A DNA stretch of 64,000 bases, from the IMG/VR virus record IMGVR_UViG_3300036790_000396, positions 64,001 to 128,000 of that record, one strand, 5' to 3'. The DNA is from a virus. A program made the translations under genes and the position numbers. The notes beneath the pieces were generated by a model. It had not been told where the DNA came from. It did not search any database and saw only the letters and a program-made list of their open reading frames with translations. Of this stretch, positions 19,701-29,465 are shown one piece after another (the stretch's first letter is position 1; each line of letters begins with the position of its first letter).

Positions 19701-19839
19701 CATGCGGAAGCCGAAGCTGCCCTCCCCGAAGAGGAGCAAGAGCGAGGCGGTCAACGTGAAGTCGGCGCGTCCGGCTAAGTATCCCGAGCCGCCCGTCAGC
19801 GCCAGGCTGCCGGAGGCTCCCCCGCGCTAGGCTGGCCGC

Positions 19840-20118
19840 ATGGACCTGACTTCCCCGCTGATGGACCGCGTCTTGTGGGACCGCCGCGCGTTCACCTGGG
19901 CGGGATGCTTCGCGTGGAAATGCGCGGACTGCGGGCGCATGGTGATGCCCGGCGAGGACGCCGTCCGCGGCATGCACCTGCTGACGGGCCTGTTCATCGT
20001 CCACGCCTGGCATCACGGCCTGGGCCGCGACCGGGCACGCCTCATCGACGAGGGCATGGCGATGGCGGCTGCGCGCTGGCCGTCCCTGCAGGAGCGCGCA
20101 GCGGCGCTGCGGCCCTAG
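19840..20118 (+). CDS. Hypothetical protein (CxxC)
   Basis: ORF with CADCG. Confidence 0.4.
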   Translation: MDLTSPLMDRVLWDRRAFTWAGCFAWKCADCGRMVMPGEDAVRGMHLLTGLFIVHAWHHGLGRDRARLIDEGMAMAAARWPSLQERAAALRP

Positions 20119-20195
20119 ATCGCGCGGACCAGGAACAGGATCAGCAGGATGATCACGACCAGGACCAGCAGGCCCCAGAGGCTGTAGGCAGGCAT
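20115..20195 (-). CDS. Very small membrane peptide
   Basis: GAGGAG RBS; MPAYSLWGLLVLVVIILLILFLVRAI, translated by hand. Confidence 0.45.
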   Translation of the reverse strand: MPAYSLWGLLVLVVIILLILFLVRAI

Positions 20196-20294
20196 CGTTC
20201 TCCTCTCGTCCCGCTGCTGCTGCCCGCGGTCGCGGGAATCATGCGAAAAAGCCGGGTGCGCCCCTCGTGCACCCGGCTTCTCTGACGGCCTGCG

Positions 20295-20501
20295 TTACCA
20301 GAACGGGATCAGGAAGGCCAGTGCCAGCGACGCCAGGCCGCCCGGCAGCAGCCAGCCCCAGGAGCCGCTCGTCCCGAGCCCGGTCACGATCGCGTCGATG
20401 AGGAACAGCAGGAACGCGATGAACATGAACAGCCGCGACACGGCTGCCGGGTGCGGTCCCGGTACTTGCTGGGGCGTCGTCATGACAAGGTTCCTACCCA
20501 C
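20295..20501 (-). CDS. Small membrane protein
   Basis: Two hydrophobic helices. Confidence 0.55.
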   Translation of the reverse strand: MGRNLVMTTPQQVPGPHPAAVSRLFMFIAFLLFLIDAIVTGLGTSGSWGWLLPGGLASLALAFLIPFW

Positions 20502-20697
20502 CGGTGACGGGCGTATCCTCGCTGACCTCTTCCCATCCCCACGGGCAGGCGTTGTTCACGGCCTCCGCAGCGTAGGTCTGCAGCCATTCCTGCTGCTGCC
20601 CGTCCGTCATGCCCTCAAGTTCCCCGTCAGGGATCTCGACGATCATGGTCTTGTGGTCGATCGTCCAGCTCGGCTCGATGGTGACTTCGATCTTCAT
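20494..20697 (-). CDS. Hypothetical protein
   Basis: RBS; acidic small phage protein. Confidence 0.6.
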   Translation of the reverse strand: MKIEVTIEPSWTIDHKTMIVEIPDGELEGMTDGQQQEWLQTYAAEAVNNACPWGWEEVSEDTPVTGG

Positions 20698-20706
20698 GAC
20701 TGGCCC

Positions 20707-21078
20707 TCACTCTTCGGGGCGTAGCGGGTAGACGTGAACGGTGTTGACAGAGGAGGGGACGATCCGCAGGGCCGGGTGCCCGAAGATCACGACGTGATCG
20801 TCCTGGGCCTTGACGGAGACGTGCCGCCGGAACTTGCGGTACTCCTTCTCGCTGTCGGGGTGCGCGGGCCAGAAGTTCACCGTCTCGTCCTGGCTCAGCA
20901 TCAGGTCCGGCTGGATGCTGTACCCCTCGGTCTGCGTGTTGGTGGGAGCGCCCGTGCTGCTCAGCTCGGCGATCCGCGCCCGCGCTTCCCCGAGGGTCTT
21001 CTCCAGGTGCGCGATGTAGGACCGGACCTTGCGCGTGCAGCGCGCCAGCTCCTCCGGTGTCGGCTCGTCCGTGCTCAT
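20707..21078 (-). CDS. Hypothetical protein
   Basis: Coupled operon. Confidence 0.6.
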   Translation of the reverse strand: MSTDEPTPEELARCTRKVRSYIAHLEKTLGEARARIAELSSTGAPTNTQTEGYSIQPDLMLSQDETVNFWPAHPDSEKEYRKFRRHVSVKAQDDHVVIFGHPALRIVPSSVNTVHVYPLRPEE

Positions 21079-21243
21079 CGTCTTCTCATCCCTCGTCGAA
21101 TCCGCCGCAGCGCGGTCCGTCCTGGACGCGGCTCATGCCGAGCAGCCGGCACGGCCACGCGTGGATCCCGGCAGCGGAGCGGCAGCGCGGGCGCAGCGGC
21201 CACGCCCGGTAGAGCGCGACCGCGCCGGCCACGACTGCCCGCA

Positions 21244-21561
21244 TCAGTTTTTCTCCGCGGCGATCTCGTCCGCCAGCGCGGCGATCTCCGCCGCGATCGT
21301 GACAGCCTGCGCGAAGGCCCTCGCGTCCTCGCTGCCGAACACGGCTGACGTGGAAGCCCAGCTGACGTGCGCCGGCTGCTCGGTGCCGTAGCGCCGGTCC
21401 CGGGCGTAGACCTCGACGAGATCATGCTCGTCGCCGTCGGTATCGGTGAAGGTGATGAGGACCCGGCCGCCGTCCCGGACGGCCAGCGCCCGGGCGGCTG
21501 TCGGCCGGGTGATGTTCCTGGCGATGCCGTCTCCGGTGACGAGATCGATCGTGTACTTCAT
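21244..21561 (-). CDS. Hypothetical protein
   Basis: AAGGAG RBS; ATGA overlap. Confidence 0.6.
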   Translation of the reverse strand: MKYTIDLVTGDGIARNITRPTAARALAVRDGGRVLITFTDTDGDEHDLVEVYARDRRYGTEQPAHVSWASTSAVFGSEDARAFAQAVTIAAEIAALADEIAAEKN

Positions 21562-22058
21562 GACTGCTCCTTGGATGCATCGAAGTCCGCGAGCGCCAGG
21601 ACGGCCTCGCGGTGCTGCTCCGCGGCGGCTTCCAGCATCCGCCGGGATTCCTCCACGCGCTCCTGCAGCTGGCGTTTCCGCCCGAGGGTGATGACTTCCG
21701 GGTGAGCCGCCTGGTATGCCTCCGCGACCGGGGTGAGGACGGAGGCAAGTGCCGTCACTTCCTTGTGCGTGAGGGAGGTTCCGGTGGCTGCCCGGTTCAT
21801 CGCGCCGTAGAAGTGAGGCGACAGGGCCAGGTCCCCGCCGCACGGCTCCAGGAAGAGGATCCCGCTCAGCCGGGCGCCGCGCCCGCCGGTGAGGATGCCC
21901 TTCTCCGGCTGTGACCTGTCGGCGAGACTCTGCACGCCGATGCTGCCGCCGGTGTTCCAGCGGAAGACTGCAGTGCCGTGGCCGGGCACGTCGAGGAGGA
22001 CTTCGGGGCCGTTGACGCTCATGGCCCACGGCCGGCTGGTGTTCTCGGTGTCGCTCAT
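21558..22058 (-). CDS. Hypothetical protein (probably leaderless)
   Basis: -10 TATTAT 6 nt upstream of the ATG. Confidence 0.6.
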   Translation of the reverse strand: MSDTENTSRPWAMSVNGPEVLLDVPGHGTAVFRWNTGGSIGVQSLADRSQPEKGILTGGRGARLSGILFLEPCGGDLALSPHFYGAMNRAATGTSLTHKEVTALASVLTPVAEAYQAAHPEVITLGRKRQLQERVEESRRMLEAAAEQHREAVLALADFDASKEQS

Positions 22059-22133
22059 GCCACGATAATATCAATAAACCTTAGTAAAAAGCAAGAGGAC
22101 CGGCGGATCCGCATACGCCGGTCCCCTTGCCGC

Positions 22134-22862
22134 TCATATCCGGGCAGAATCGGAGAGGTACCTCCGGTACTCCTCGTCGCATGCCGCGGAGCACACCGTG
22201 CCGTTTCCCCACTCTTCCGTGAGCTGGTACCGATCGCCGCAGTTGGCGCACCTGGACCAGTTCTCCCCGCGGTCGCGGATCCCGATGCTGATCTCCGCGA
22301 TCTGCCTGTGGATCTCCGGTGCCTGCGGGTCCGCCAGGATCGCCTCGGGATCGTACGGCGCGCCCTGATCCCGCGATGCGGGGACGTACTCCGGGGGCTG
22401 CGACGGCAGCCCCAGGCGCTGGCGCAGCCGCATCCTCAGCGCCTCCAGCGAGACCGGCCTGCTGACGGTGACCCCCTCGCCGTGCGGCATCCGCCGGGCC
22501 TCCGCCGTGGCCTTCTCGTCTGCTTGCCACCCCGGGAGTCCCGGCATCTCCCCCGGCATCTCCGGCAGCCCGACGGTCTCCGTCCCGCGCGCCTGCTTCC
22601 CCGGATCGGGAGCGTCGCCGTCCGGCATCTCCCGGTCGAAGCACTCCCCGTGCATCCCGGTCAGGATGATCTCCCGCTCCTCGTCGCTTGCTGCCGGGAA
22701 TGCCTCGTGCAGCCGGAGGGTGCGGTAGGCGTAGTAGCCGTCCCACGCCGCCCGCGACAGGCCGCTGACGACGGCCTCCCGGCCGCAGGACGGGCAGACG
22801 TAGGTCACGGTCACTTCCGTCCCGCCGCCGGCGACGGTGACGTCCTTCGGGAGCGCGCTCAT
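22134..22862 (-). CDS. Hypothetical protein with two Zn-binding motifs
   Basis: CPSCG...EREII.TG.H.ECFD; CANCG...CS..C. Confidence 0.6.
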   Translation of the reverse strand: MSALPKDVTVAGGGTEVTVTYVCPSCGREAVVSGLSRAAWDGYYAYRTLRLHEAFPAASDEEREIILTGMHGECFDREMPDGDAPDPGKQARGTETVGLPEMPGEMPGLPGWQADEKATAEARRMPHGEGVTVSRPVSLEALRMRLRQRLGLPSQPPEYVPASRDQGAPYDPEAILADPQAPEIHRQIAEISIGIRDRGENWSRCANCGDRYQLTEEWGNGTVCSAACDEEYRRYLSDSARI

Positions 22863-23392
22863 CCCAGTACCGCGCTTCGCCCGTCGCCTGAAGGGGCGCC
22901 GGCGTCGAGGAGGTCCAGGATCCGCGTGCTCCTGCCCGGGCCGAGCATGTTCTGGGCGTCCAGCACCTCGCTCCGGATGGCGGCGGTGTCCTCCGGCCAC
23001 AGCACTGACGGCTCCTCGAACGCCACCTGCGCCCCGCTGGTGCCGTCCGCCTTCACGTACCGCACGCGCCAGGCGAGACCGTCGTCGGTGACGCCCCGGA
23101 TCGAGCCGGCCAGGGTGCGCTCCGGTGTACCGATCTCCTCCAGGATCGCTCTCAGCTCCAGGTCGATGCCCTCTACGCTGGTGTGCCTGTCCCCGGGGAC
23201 GATGCGCCGCGCGCTCCAGCGCGTCAGCACGCCGTCGGGAGTGGTCTCCTCGGCCGTTTCCACCGGGATGAGGACCGAGTGGGCCTCCGACCGGCGGAAG
23301 GCGTCCGTGCGGTCGCCCAGGGCGCGGATCTCGTCCGCGTTCAGGGGCGGGTCGATGGTGATCTCCCCGCTGAGGATGCTCTGCGTTCCCAT
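22859..23392 (-). CDS. Hypothetical actinophage protein
   Basis: MG......GEITIDPPL motif; AGGAG RBS. Confidence 0.65.
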   Translation of the reverse strand: MGTQSILSGEITIDPPLNADEIRALGDRTDAFRRSEAHSVLIPVETAEETTPDGVLTRWSARRIVPGDRHTSVEGIDLELRAILEEIGTPERTLAGSIRGVTDDGLAWRVRYVKADGTSGAQVAFEEPSVLWPEDTAAIRSEVLDAQNMLGPGRSTRILDLLDAGAPSGDGRSAVLG

Positions 23393-23448
23393 GCTGTCTC
23401 CTGTCGTCTGAGGGATGCTCCAACTTTACTATAGATTATTGATATTTC

Positions 23449-23724
23449 CTAGAGCGGCTTGTTCTCTTCCGCGTGGTAGAAGAGGACGGCCGAGACCGCG
23501 AACCTGGCGGAGAACTCACCCGCCTGCTTCATCACGTCCGCTATGACGGCGGTGAACAGCATCTCCGGGGTCGGTGACCTCGCGCTGACCGTTCCCTGCG
23601 CGCGCATGAGCCGCGTTCCGGTGCCCGCGTGCTGCAGCGTGATGATGTAGAACCACTCCCGCTCCGGCTCCTCAGTCGGGCCAGCGGAGGTCGTACCAGT
23701 CGTCTCCGGCTGGGTCTTCATGAT
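23449..23724 (-). CDS. Hypothetical protein
   Basis: WFYIITLQ...VLF motif. Confidence 0.5.
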   Translation of the reverse strand: MMKTQPETTGTTSAGPTEEPEREWFYIITLQHAGTGTRLMRAQGTVSARSPTPEMLFTAVIADVMKQAGEFSARFAVSAVLFYHAEENKPL

Positions 23725-23989
23725 GCTCTCCCAGGATGTAGACGAACTTCTGCCCGTGGTCATCGGACACCGTGAGCTTCACGCCGCTTGCGGGAGCACC
23801 GTCGTTCCCCGCTATCAGGGCCACCCAGGCCGCGCCGGCTTTCACCAGGGGATCGGCCCGGGTGATCGTCCCGCGCATGCGGATCTCGGCGCTCCTCAGG
23901 ACCGGGCCGTCGAAGGTGGCGATTCCGTCCAGCCTCATCTCGCCCACGTGCCCGGTGGCGAGGATCTCCCCGTACTCCTCAGCATTCAC
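23672..23989 (-). CDS. Hypothetical protein
   Basis: ORF downstream of the methylase; start uncertain. Confidence 0.5.
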   Translation of the reverse strand: MNAEEYGEILATGHVGEMRLDGIATFDGPVLRSAEIRMRGTITRADPLVKAGAAWVALIAGNDGAPASGVKLTVSDDHGQKFVYILGEHHEDPAGDDWYDLRWPD

Positions 23990-25306
23990 GGAGCCGCTCC
24001 AGGACCGGGGGAACCAGGGCATGCCATGCCATGAACGCCTGGGCCGCGACGACCCCGTTGCCGATGATCTTCAGCTGCGCCGACCGGGACAGGCCCGGCA
24101 CTCCCGTCACCCAGCCCGGCGGCATGCCCATCATCCACTCCGCGAACGCCGCCGCCAGCCGGGGCTGCCCCTTCACCCCCGTCTCGACGGGGGCCGGGAC
24201 CGTCCTGCCGGTCACCAGCTCCCAGCGCCGGATCGCCGGCCCGTACTGCCGCCAGTCCCACTGCGGACCGTCCTGCGCCCGGTCCAGGCCGATCACCTCG
24301 CCGGTCAGCATGGTGTCCCCGCGGGTGCGGTGCTGGCCGGGCGAGCCGTGGCGGGCCTCCCCCGTCAGCGGCGTCGGGAGCAGTGACAGCACGTCCCCGG
24401 CCGCCGGGTCGCCCTTCACCCCGGGATGGCTCATGCTGCCCGCCGCGCCCCCGGACTGCACCCGCAGCGCGGCCAGCAGGGCGATGTCCTTCACCACGTC
24501 GGGCAGGTACTGGTCTCCCGGCCCGCGGACGCGCCCGTCATTGCGCACCCGGCCGACCGGCCTCGTCGTCCCCTTGGCGTCGCGGGCTGTCGGCGAGGGC
24601 ATGAGCGTCAGCCGGCGCGTTCCGTCTCCTGCGGATCCGGCTGCGGCAGCAGGAACGACACCTCGTCCTCCAGTGTCGGCCCGTGGCCGCCTGCTTTCCT
24701 CTTCTCCGGGTGCTGAGGCCCCCCGTTCGATCCCAGCTGCGCGGTCGGCGATTTCAGCAGACCGCCGGAGGAGGGCAGGGCCGCCGCTGCGGGGATGGAC
24801 GGCGAGCAGGAACCACCGCTTGCGTAGATGCGGGGCTCCGGCCTCGGCTGCGCTGTAAATCCCGTAGGACCCCACGTACCCGAGGCGGGCCAGCCCTCCG
24901 GTGACCTGCGCGAGCGCCGCGCCCCTGCTGACCCGGAGGAGGTTGGGGACGTTTTCGAGGAAGATGACGCCGGGGGGTTCCTGAACCTGGTGATCCCGTC
25001 CTCGATGTACGGCCAGAGCCAGCGGTCATCCTCGATCCCCTTCTGCTTTCCGGCGGAAGATGCTGGTTGGCATGGAAATCCGCCGCAAAGTATATCTATG
25101 TCCGGTATTCTGTTCCACGGTATCAGCTTGATGTCGTCGTACAGCGGCATCCACGGGTGCCGTGCGCCGAGCACCTGGCGCGCGGCCGGGTCGATCTCCG
25201 CCATCCAGGCCAGCCCGGCGCCCGCGGCTGCTTCCACGGCCCGGCCGAGCTGTCCCGTCCCGGCGCATATCTCGCCGATCGCCTGCTGCGTCACGGGCGC
25301 GGCCAC
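23979..25306 (-). pseudogene. dcm: C5 cytosine DNA methyltransferase, frameshifted at a C6 run (24972-24977), with an overlapping alternative-frame polypeptide
   Basis: CAGTG (motif I) and GGFPCQP (IV) lie in one frame; FLENV (VI), PH.RKRWF (VIII) and GNGVV (X) lie in another. One extra C joins them. Confidence 0.85.
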
Positions 25307-25674
25307 CCGGGCAGCCCTTCGAGCCGCAGCACGTCCATCCCCGGCAGCCGCGGGCTGCTGCTGTATCCCGCGCGGAGCCCGAGCAGCTCCGCGTCGAGCA
25401 CCCGGCGGGCGAGTTCCAGCACGTCGTCTTCCACCTGAGATGGGCTGAGCGCAGCACCGTAGAGTCTCGCGCCGGGGGTGCCGTCCTTTCTCACGCGCTG
25501 GGCCTCGTTCAGCCGGATCATGTGAAGCCGGGGCTCGCCGCCGTGGAGCTGCCGGAACTGGAAGTTAATTGACCTGGCCCGCATGCTGTAGCCGGAGAAG
25601 GGCATCCTCACGTCAGGCAGGTCACCGCTGAACGTGAGTTCCCAGTGACAGTAGCCCGAGGAGCTGATGTCCAT
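25291..25674 (-). CDS. Hypothetical protein
   Basis: GAGGAG RBS; R.RKDG.PG motif. Confidence 0.6.
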   Translation of the reverse strand: MDISSSGYCHWELTFSGDLPDVRMPFSGYSMRARSINFQFRQLHGGEPRLHMIRLNEAQRVRKDGTPGARLYGAALSPSQVEDDVLELARRVLDAELLGLRAGYSSSPRLPGMDVLRLEGLPGWPRP

Positions 25675-26192
25675 CAGGGCTCCTCTCCCGCGCTCAGCTT
25701 CCGGGAGGCGAGTCCGGTTTCCGCGAGGAACAGCCGCAGGAGCGCCTGCATGTCCATGATCTCCCGCCGTGCCGCCGCCGCGTGCTCCCTGAACCGGTCC
25801 TGGTCGAAGTCCGTGACCAACTCGGCATGATGGAGCGAGCCGGCCTTGCGGCTCGCGTCGGCGAGGGCCCTGTGCGCCGTGTCGAGCACTCCCGCGAGGG
25901 TGCCCGCGCGTACCGCGTCCTGGTCGAGGAACTCCAGGTCGCTCTCGCTGTCCTCGGTCCAGTCTGCGTGATGCCTGCGGAGCGTGCTGATCTCCGTGCC
26001 CGCTCCTTCGTCCGGGACGTGATCCCGGATGGTGTAGTCGCCCGCGTGCACTTTCCGGTAATTCCCGTCGGTGCCGATCGCGTAGACGTCCAGCCCGGCG
26101 GAGACGATGACGACGACTGCGGCCCCGGCTCCCGCGTTCTTCTGCAGGTCGATGATGTCCCCGGATTCGGGGACCCTGGTCTGGTAGCTCAT
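25674..26192 (-). CDS. Hypothetical protein (leaderless)
   Basis: -10 TAATAT 7 nt upstream of the ATG. Confidence 0.6.
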   Translation of the reverse strand: MSYQTRVPESGDIIDLQKNAGAGAAVVVIVSAGLDVYAIGTDGNYRKVHAGDYTIRDHVPDEGAGTEISTLRRHHADWTEDSESDLEFLDQDAVRAGTLAGVLDTAHRALADASRKAGSLHHAELVTDFDQDRFREHAAAARREIMDMQALLRLFLAETGLASRKLSAGEEP

Positions 26193-26267
26193 GCCCTGCA
26201 TATTACCAATAAATCTTGGTATATGCCACTCGTCTGCGGCCCGTCCTCGGAAGCAACGGGAGGCACG

Positions 26268-29200
26268 ATGCCACAGCAACGTTTTGTCCGTATAGCGCAT
26301 GATCCCGGAGACCCGCAGCTTTGTTCCCATTGCTTCGGGCCTGAGACGAGATACCTCACGCCGGATGGCGTCAAGACCTTGGGCGAGACGGTCGGGACTG
26401 CCCAGCGGGTAATGACCGCGGATTCCCTCCAGTCTCACGACGGGCGCTGGGCCGATGCTGAGATCCGCTCGTTCGGCGTACAGCAGCTGCACCGGATCAC
26501 CCTGAAGCGCAACAAGGTAACCAAGGTGATCCGGGCGACTGCCGGGCACCGCTGGCTGGTGCGCCGCCCGGATCGCATTGTCACGACGGATCGTCTTCTC
26601 CCGGGCCACCGGCTGGCCACTGCCCGGCTCCCGCGCCAGGAGCTGGCGATGGACCGTGAGGGCATCTGCCATGGTTTCTTTTTCGGCGACGGAAGCCTGC
26701 GCCGCACGGAGAACGCTGATTACGGCAAAGTGATCCTGTGGGGGCAGAAGCGCGAGCTTGCTTCTTATTTTGAGGAAATAGCAGGTCGTCCCGGCGTCGA
26801 GAAGCACACTCCGAATGGCGTTCCCGGTCTTGCGTTCCAGGCCGGGATGAAGGGCTATGCCAAGTCGCTGCCGCTGCTGACGATGCCGCCCGAGTACCTT
26901 TACGGCTGGCTGGCCGGCTACTTTGCCGCAGACGGGTGGAGCGGGGGCACCAACGCCTCTCTCTCGTCTGCGGTGCGCGCTCACCTGGAGCACGTACGCG
27001 ATATCTGCACGCTGCTCGGCATAGGTACTTACGGTATTACCTCGAAGACGCGCACTGGATTCGGGAAGGAATCTGAGATCTTCGAGGTCGGGTTCAGCCA
27101 GTCCGACCTCAATACGGATTTTTTCCTTCGCAGTGATCACCGCGAGGCCCGCAGGCCGCCGCCCCAGGAACGTTTCGGATGGACAGTCGTCTCCGTCGAG
27201 CCAGATGCTGAAGAAGAAGTCTTCTGCGCGATTGTTCCGGAGAATGAGCGCTTCGCGCTCGAAGACAACATCCTCACCATGAACTGTCCTTTTTGCGGCT
27301 CCGGTCAGATTACGGGCAGATCTGACGGGGGCATAGACTGTGCTTTCTGCGGACAAAGCTTCATAGTTCGGGTACAGCCCGCTTTCCCAGGCATGCCGCA
27401 AGCGCCCGGAATGGGCGCTCCCACCGATGCCGGGCCCGAGGGCATCCCGGTGGGCCTTCCCCCCGGTGCCGGGCCCGAGGGCCTTCCCCCCGGTGCCGAC
27501 GGCGGCATGCCTCCCGGCGGGGACGAGGAAGGCGGCGGCTTCCCGCCCGGCGGTGACGAGGACGAAGAGGCCCCTCCCGGCGCGGATGACGAAGACGAGG
27601 ACGACGGTGCTCCTCCCTTCGCGAAGAAATCATCGCGCCGCCTGGGCGCCCACGAGCATCCTGATGACGACCTGCGCCGTCACCTCGCCGAGGAGCACGG
27701 CCACGGCTGGATCGAGTACCCCGGCGTCAGCGAGATCAGCCGCATCCACGATGCCGACCACCGCAACCGCGGCGCCGCCGCCCACCGCGGGGACATCGCC
27801 CCGCCGCTGCAGTCTCTTCCCGAGCCTGCGGCCAGGCACTGGCCGGCCCACCGCCGCGAGCGCTTCGACGATCCTCGCCTCGGCGACAGCTACGGCGACC
27901 GCTTCGGGGCTGAGGATGTTGCGGACCAGTACCGCCGCGAGACGCACGGACAGCCTTCCCCGGACTCGGACTACGGCCGGTTCGCCCCCGCGCCCCCGGA
28001 GCGCCGTCACCTGTCCGTCCGCCGCTACCGCACCATTTCCGGCGACGTGCTCCCCGAGGACGCCTACATCCGCCATCTCGCCGTCCTGCACTCCGGCGGC
28101 AGCTCCCGCGTGCTGGCGCTGCTGCGCCGCGAGGCGGCATCCGGGGGCGACGACGGCAGGCTGCCCCCCCGCAGCGTCATGACGCAGCGCCAGCACCTGC
28201 AGGCGACCCGGGACATGCGCGACCGTCTCGCCGCGTCCGGGTTCCCGATGGACGCCCCGTCAGGCGACGAGGACATGCGGATGAACCCGTCGTGCAGGCT
28301 GGAGACGGGGCATCACATCTCATTCGGCGTGGAGCTGCGCGGCGGGAAGCACTCGATGTTCATCACCCACCCGGCGGACATGGGCCAGGGCCGCACGTTC
28401 CTGGAAGTCGGCCTGGGGCGTGACCCGTCCCGCGTGGCGGATCTCGCCCGCCGCGAGCTGGGCTGCCCTCATGTTGCGGGGGAAATGACGGAACAGCTCC
28501 GCGGCCACGGCGACGAGCCCCTCAGGCAGCCGCCCTCGGCCCGGTCGGTGAGGCACGAGGCGGAGGGCACGCAGCCGCGCGAGGCGTCCCTGCGGTACCG
28601 TGCCGCGTTCGACTGGGACAATGCCACCGAGGACGAGGCCGACCGTGAGTTCCAGCGCCGTGAGGACGGGATGCAGGATGCGGTAGAACGCCACGGCGTG
28701 GACAGCATCCTGCGTCCCAACCGCGTGAACCGGATAGAGACCGGTCACGAGATCTCTTTCGAGCACCATCCCGCGGAGGGGGAGGGAGATGATTACTGGA
28801 CGGTCGGCGTCAACCATCCGGCTGACTCCTGGACCGGGGATGCGGAGCGCTACCCGCGCTACTACTGGAAGGGCTTCCGCGGTCCTGACGACGACGTGGT
28901 CCGCCAGGCGGTGCAGCACCTGCGCTCTCCCCGGACGATGGACGTGATGCGCGAGCAGTCCCGCCGTGCGATGAGCCGCGAGGCATCCCTGCGGCGCCGG
29001 GCCGACCTGGATTACGACGAGGTCCCTGAGGGGCACGCGATGTCCAAGCGGGAGCAGATCAGCCGGCTGCGCGAGATGCGCGGGCGCCTGGAGGACCACG
29101 GGATCCGGATGCTGCCGTCTGATAGCGGCATGGCTCCCTACTTCGACCTGGAGACCGGGCACCGCATCCTCCTGGGCCTTTCGCAGCAGCACGGGGACTG

Positions 29201-29465
29201 GCACATGTACGTCAACCACGCCCGCTCCGGCCCCGCAGCCGGCATGCTGGCCGTGAACCTGGGCCCTGACTCCGGCCGCGTCCCGGACCTCATGCACCGC
29301 GAGCTGGGCTGCCGTACCGTCATGAATGCGATGATGAGCCAGTCGGCGAACGCGGCGAGGACGGAGCCGGGGGAAAGGCAGCCTAGGGTGCGCCATGTCG
29401 CCGAGGGCGTCATCCCGAACGAGCTGCGGCAGCGTGAGGCATCGGCACGACGGAGGATCGCGTGA
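26268..29465 (+). CDS. Zn-ribbon head-associated protein with intein and C-terminal repeated modules
   Basis: GGGAGG RBS; spliced product reads HCPFCGSG...CAFCG; three LETGH modules separated by REAS. Confidence 0.75.
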   Translation: MPQQRFVRIAHDPGDPQLCSHCFGPETRYLTPDGVKTLGETVGTAQRVMTADSLQSHDGRWADAEIRSFGVQQLHRITLKRNKVTKVIRATAGHRWLVRRPDRIVTTDRLLPGHRLATARLPRQELAMDREGICHGFFFGDGSLRRTENADYGKVILWGQKRELASYFEEIAGRPGVEKHTPNGVPGLAFQAGMKGYAKSLPLLTMPPEYLYGWLAGYFAADGWSGGTNASLSSAVRAHLEHVRDICTLLGIGTYGITSKTRTGFGKESEIFEVGFSQSDLNTDFFLRSDHREARRPPPQERFGWTVVSVEPDAEEEVFCAIVPENERFALEDNILTMNCPFCGSGQITGRSDGGIDCAFCGQSFIVRVQPAFPGMPQAPGMGAPTDAGPEGIPVGLPPGAGPEGLPPGADGGMPPGGDEEGGGFPPGGDEDEEAPPGADDEDEDDGAPPFAKKSSRRLGAHEHPDDDLRRHLAEEHGHGWIEYPGVSEISRIHDADHRNRGAAAHRGDIAPPLQSLPEPAARHWPAHRRERFDDPRLGDSYGDRFGAEDVADQYRRETHGQPSPDSDYGRFAPAPPERRHLSVRRYRTISGDVLPEDAYIRHLAVLHSGGSSRVLALLRREAASGGDDGRLPPRSVMTQRQHLQATRDMRDRLAASGFPMDAPSGDEDMRMNPSCRLETGHHISFGVELRGGKHSMFITHPADMGQGRTFLEVGLGRDPSRVADLARRELGCPHVAGEMTEQLRGHGDEPLRQPPSARSVRHEAEGTQPREASLRYRAAFDWDNATEDEADREFQRREDGMQDAVERHGVDSILRPNRVNRIETGHEISFEHHPAEGEGDDYWTVGVNHPADSWTGDAERYPRYYWKGFRGPDDDVVRQAVQHLRSPRTMDVMREQSRRAMSREASLRRRADLDYDEVPEGHAMSKREQISRLREMRGRLEDHGIRMLPSDSGMAPYFDLETGHRILLGLSQQHGDWHMYVNHARSGPAAGMLAVNLGPDSGRVPDLMHRELGCRTVMNAMMSQSANAARTEPGERQPRVRHVAEGVIPNELRQREASARRRIA
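26331..27284 (+). mobile_element. Intein (318 aa) with LAGLIDADG endonuclease
   Basis: Starts CFGPET; block B TAGHRW; GFFFGDG and WLAGYFAADG; ends ILTMN|C. Confidence 0.92.

Noticed and set aside
25782-26267. Upstream extensions of ORF-track starts (25782, 12721, 34035, 47624, 33133, 8773)
   Set aside because: They overlap opposite-strand genes, RNAs or promoters; downstream starts with clear RBSs were used instead.
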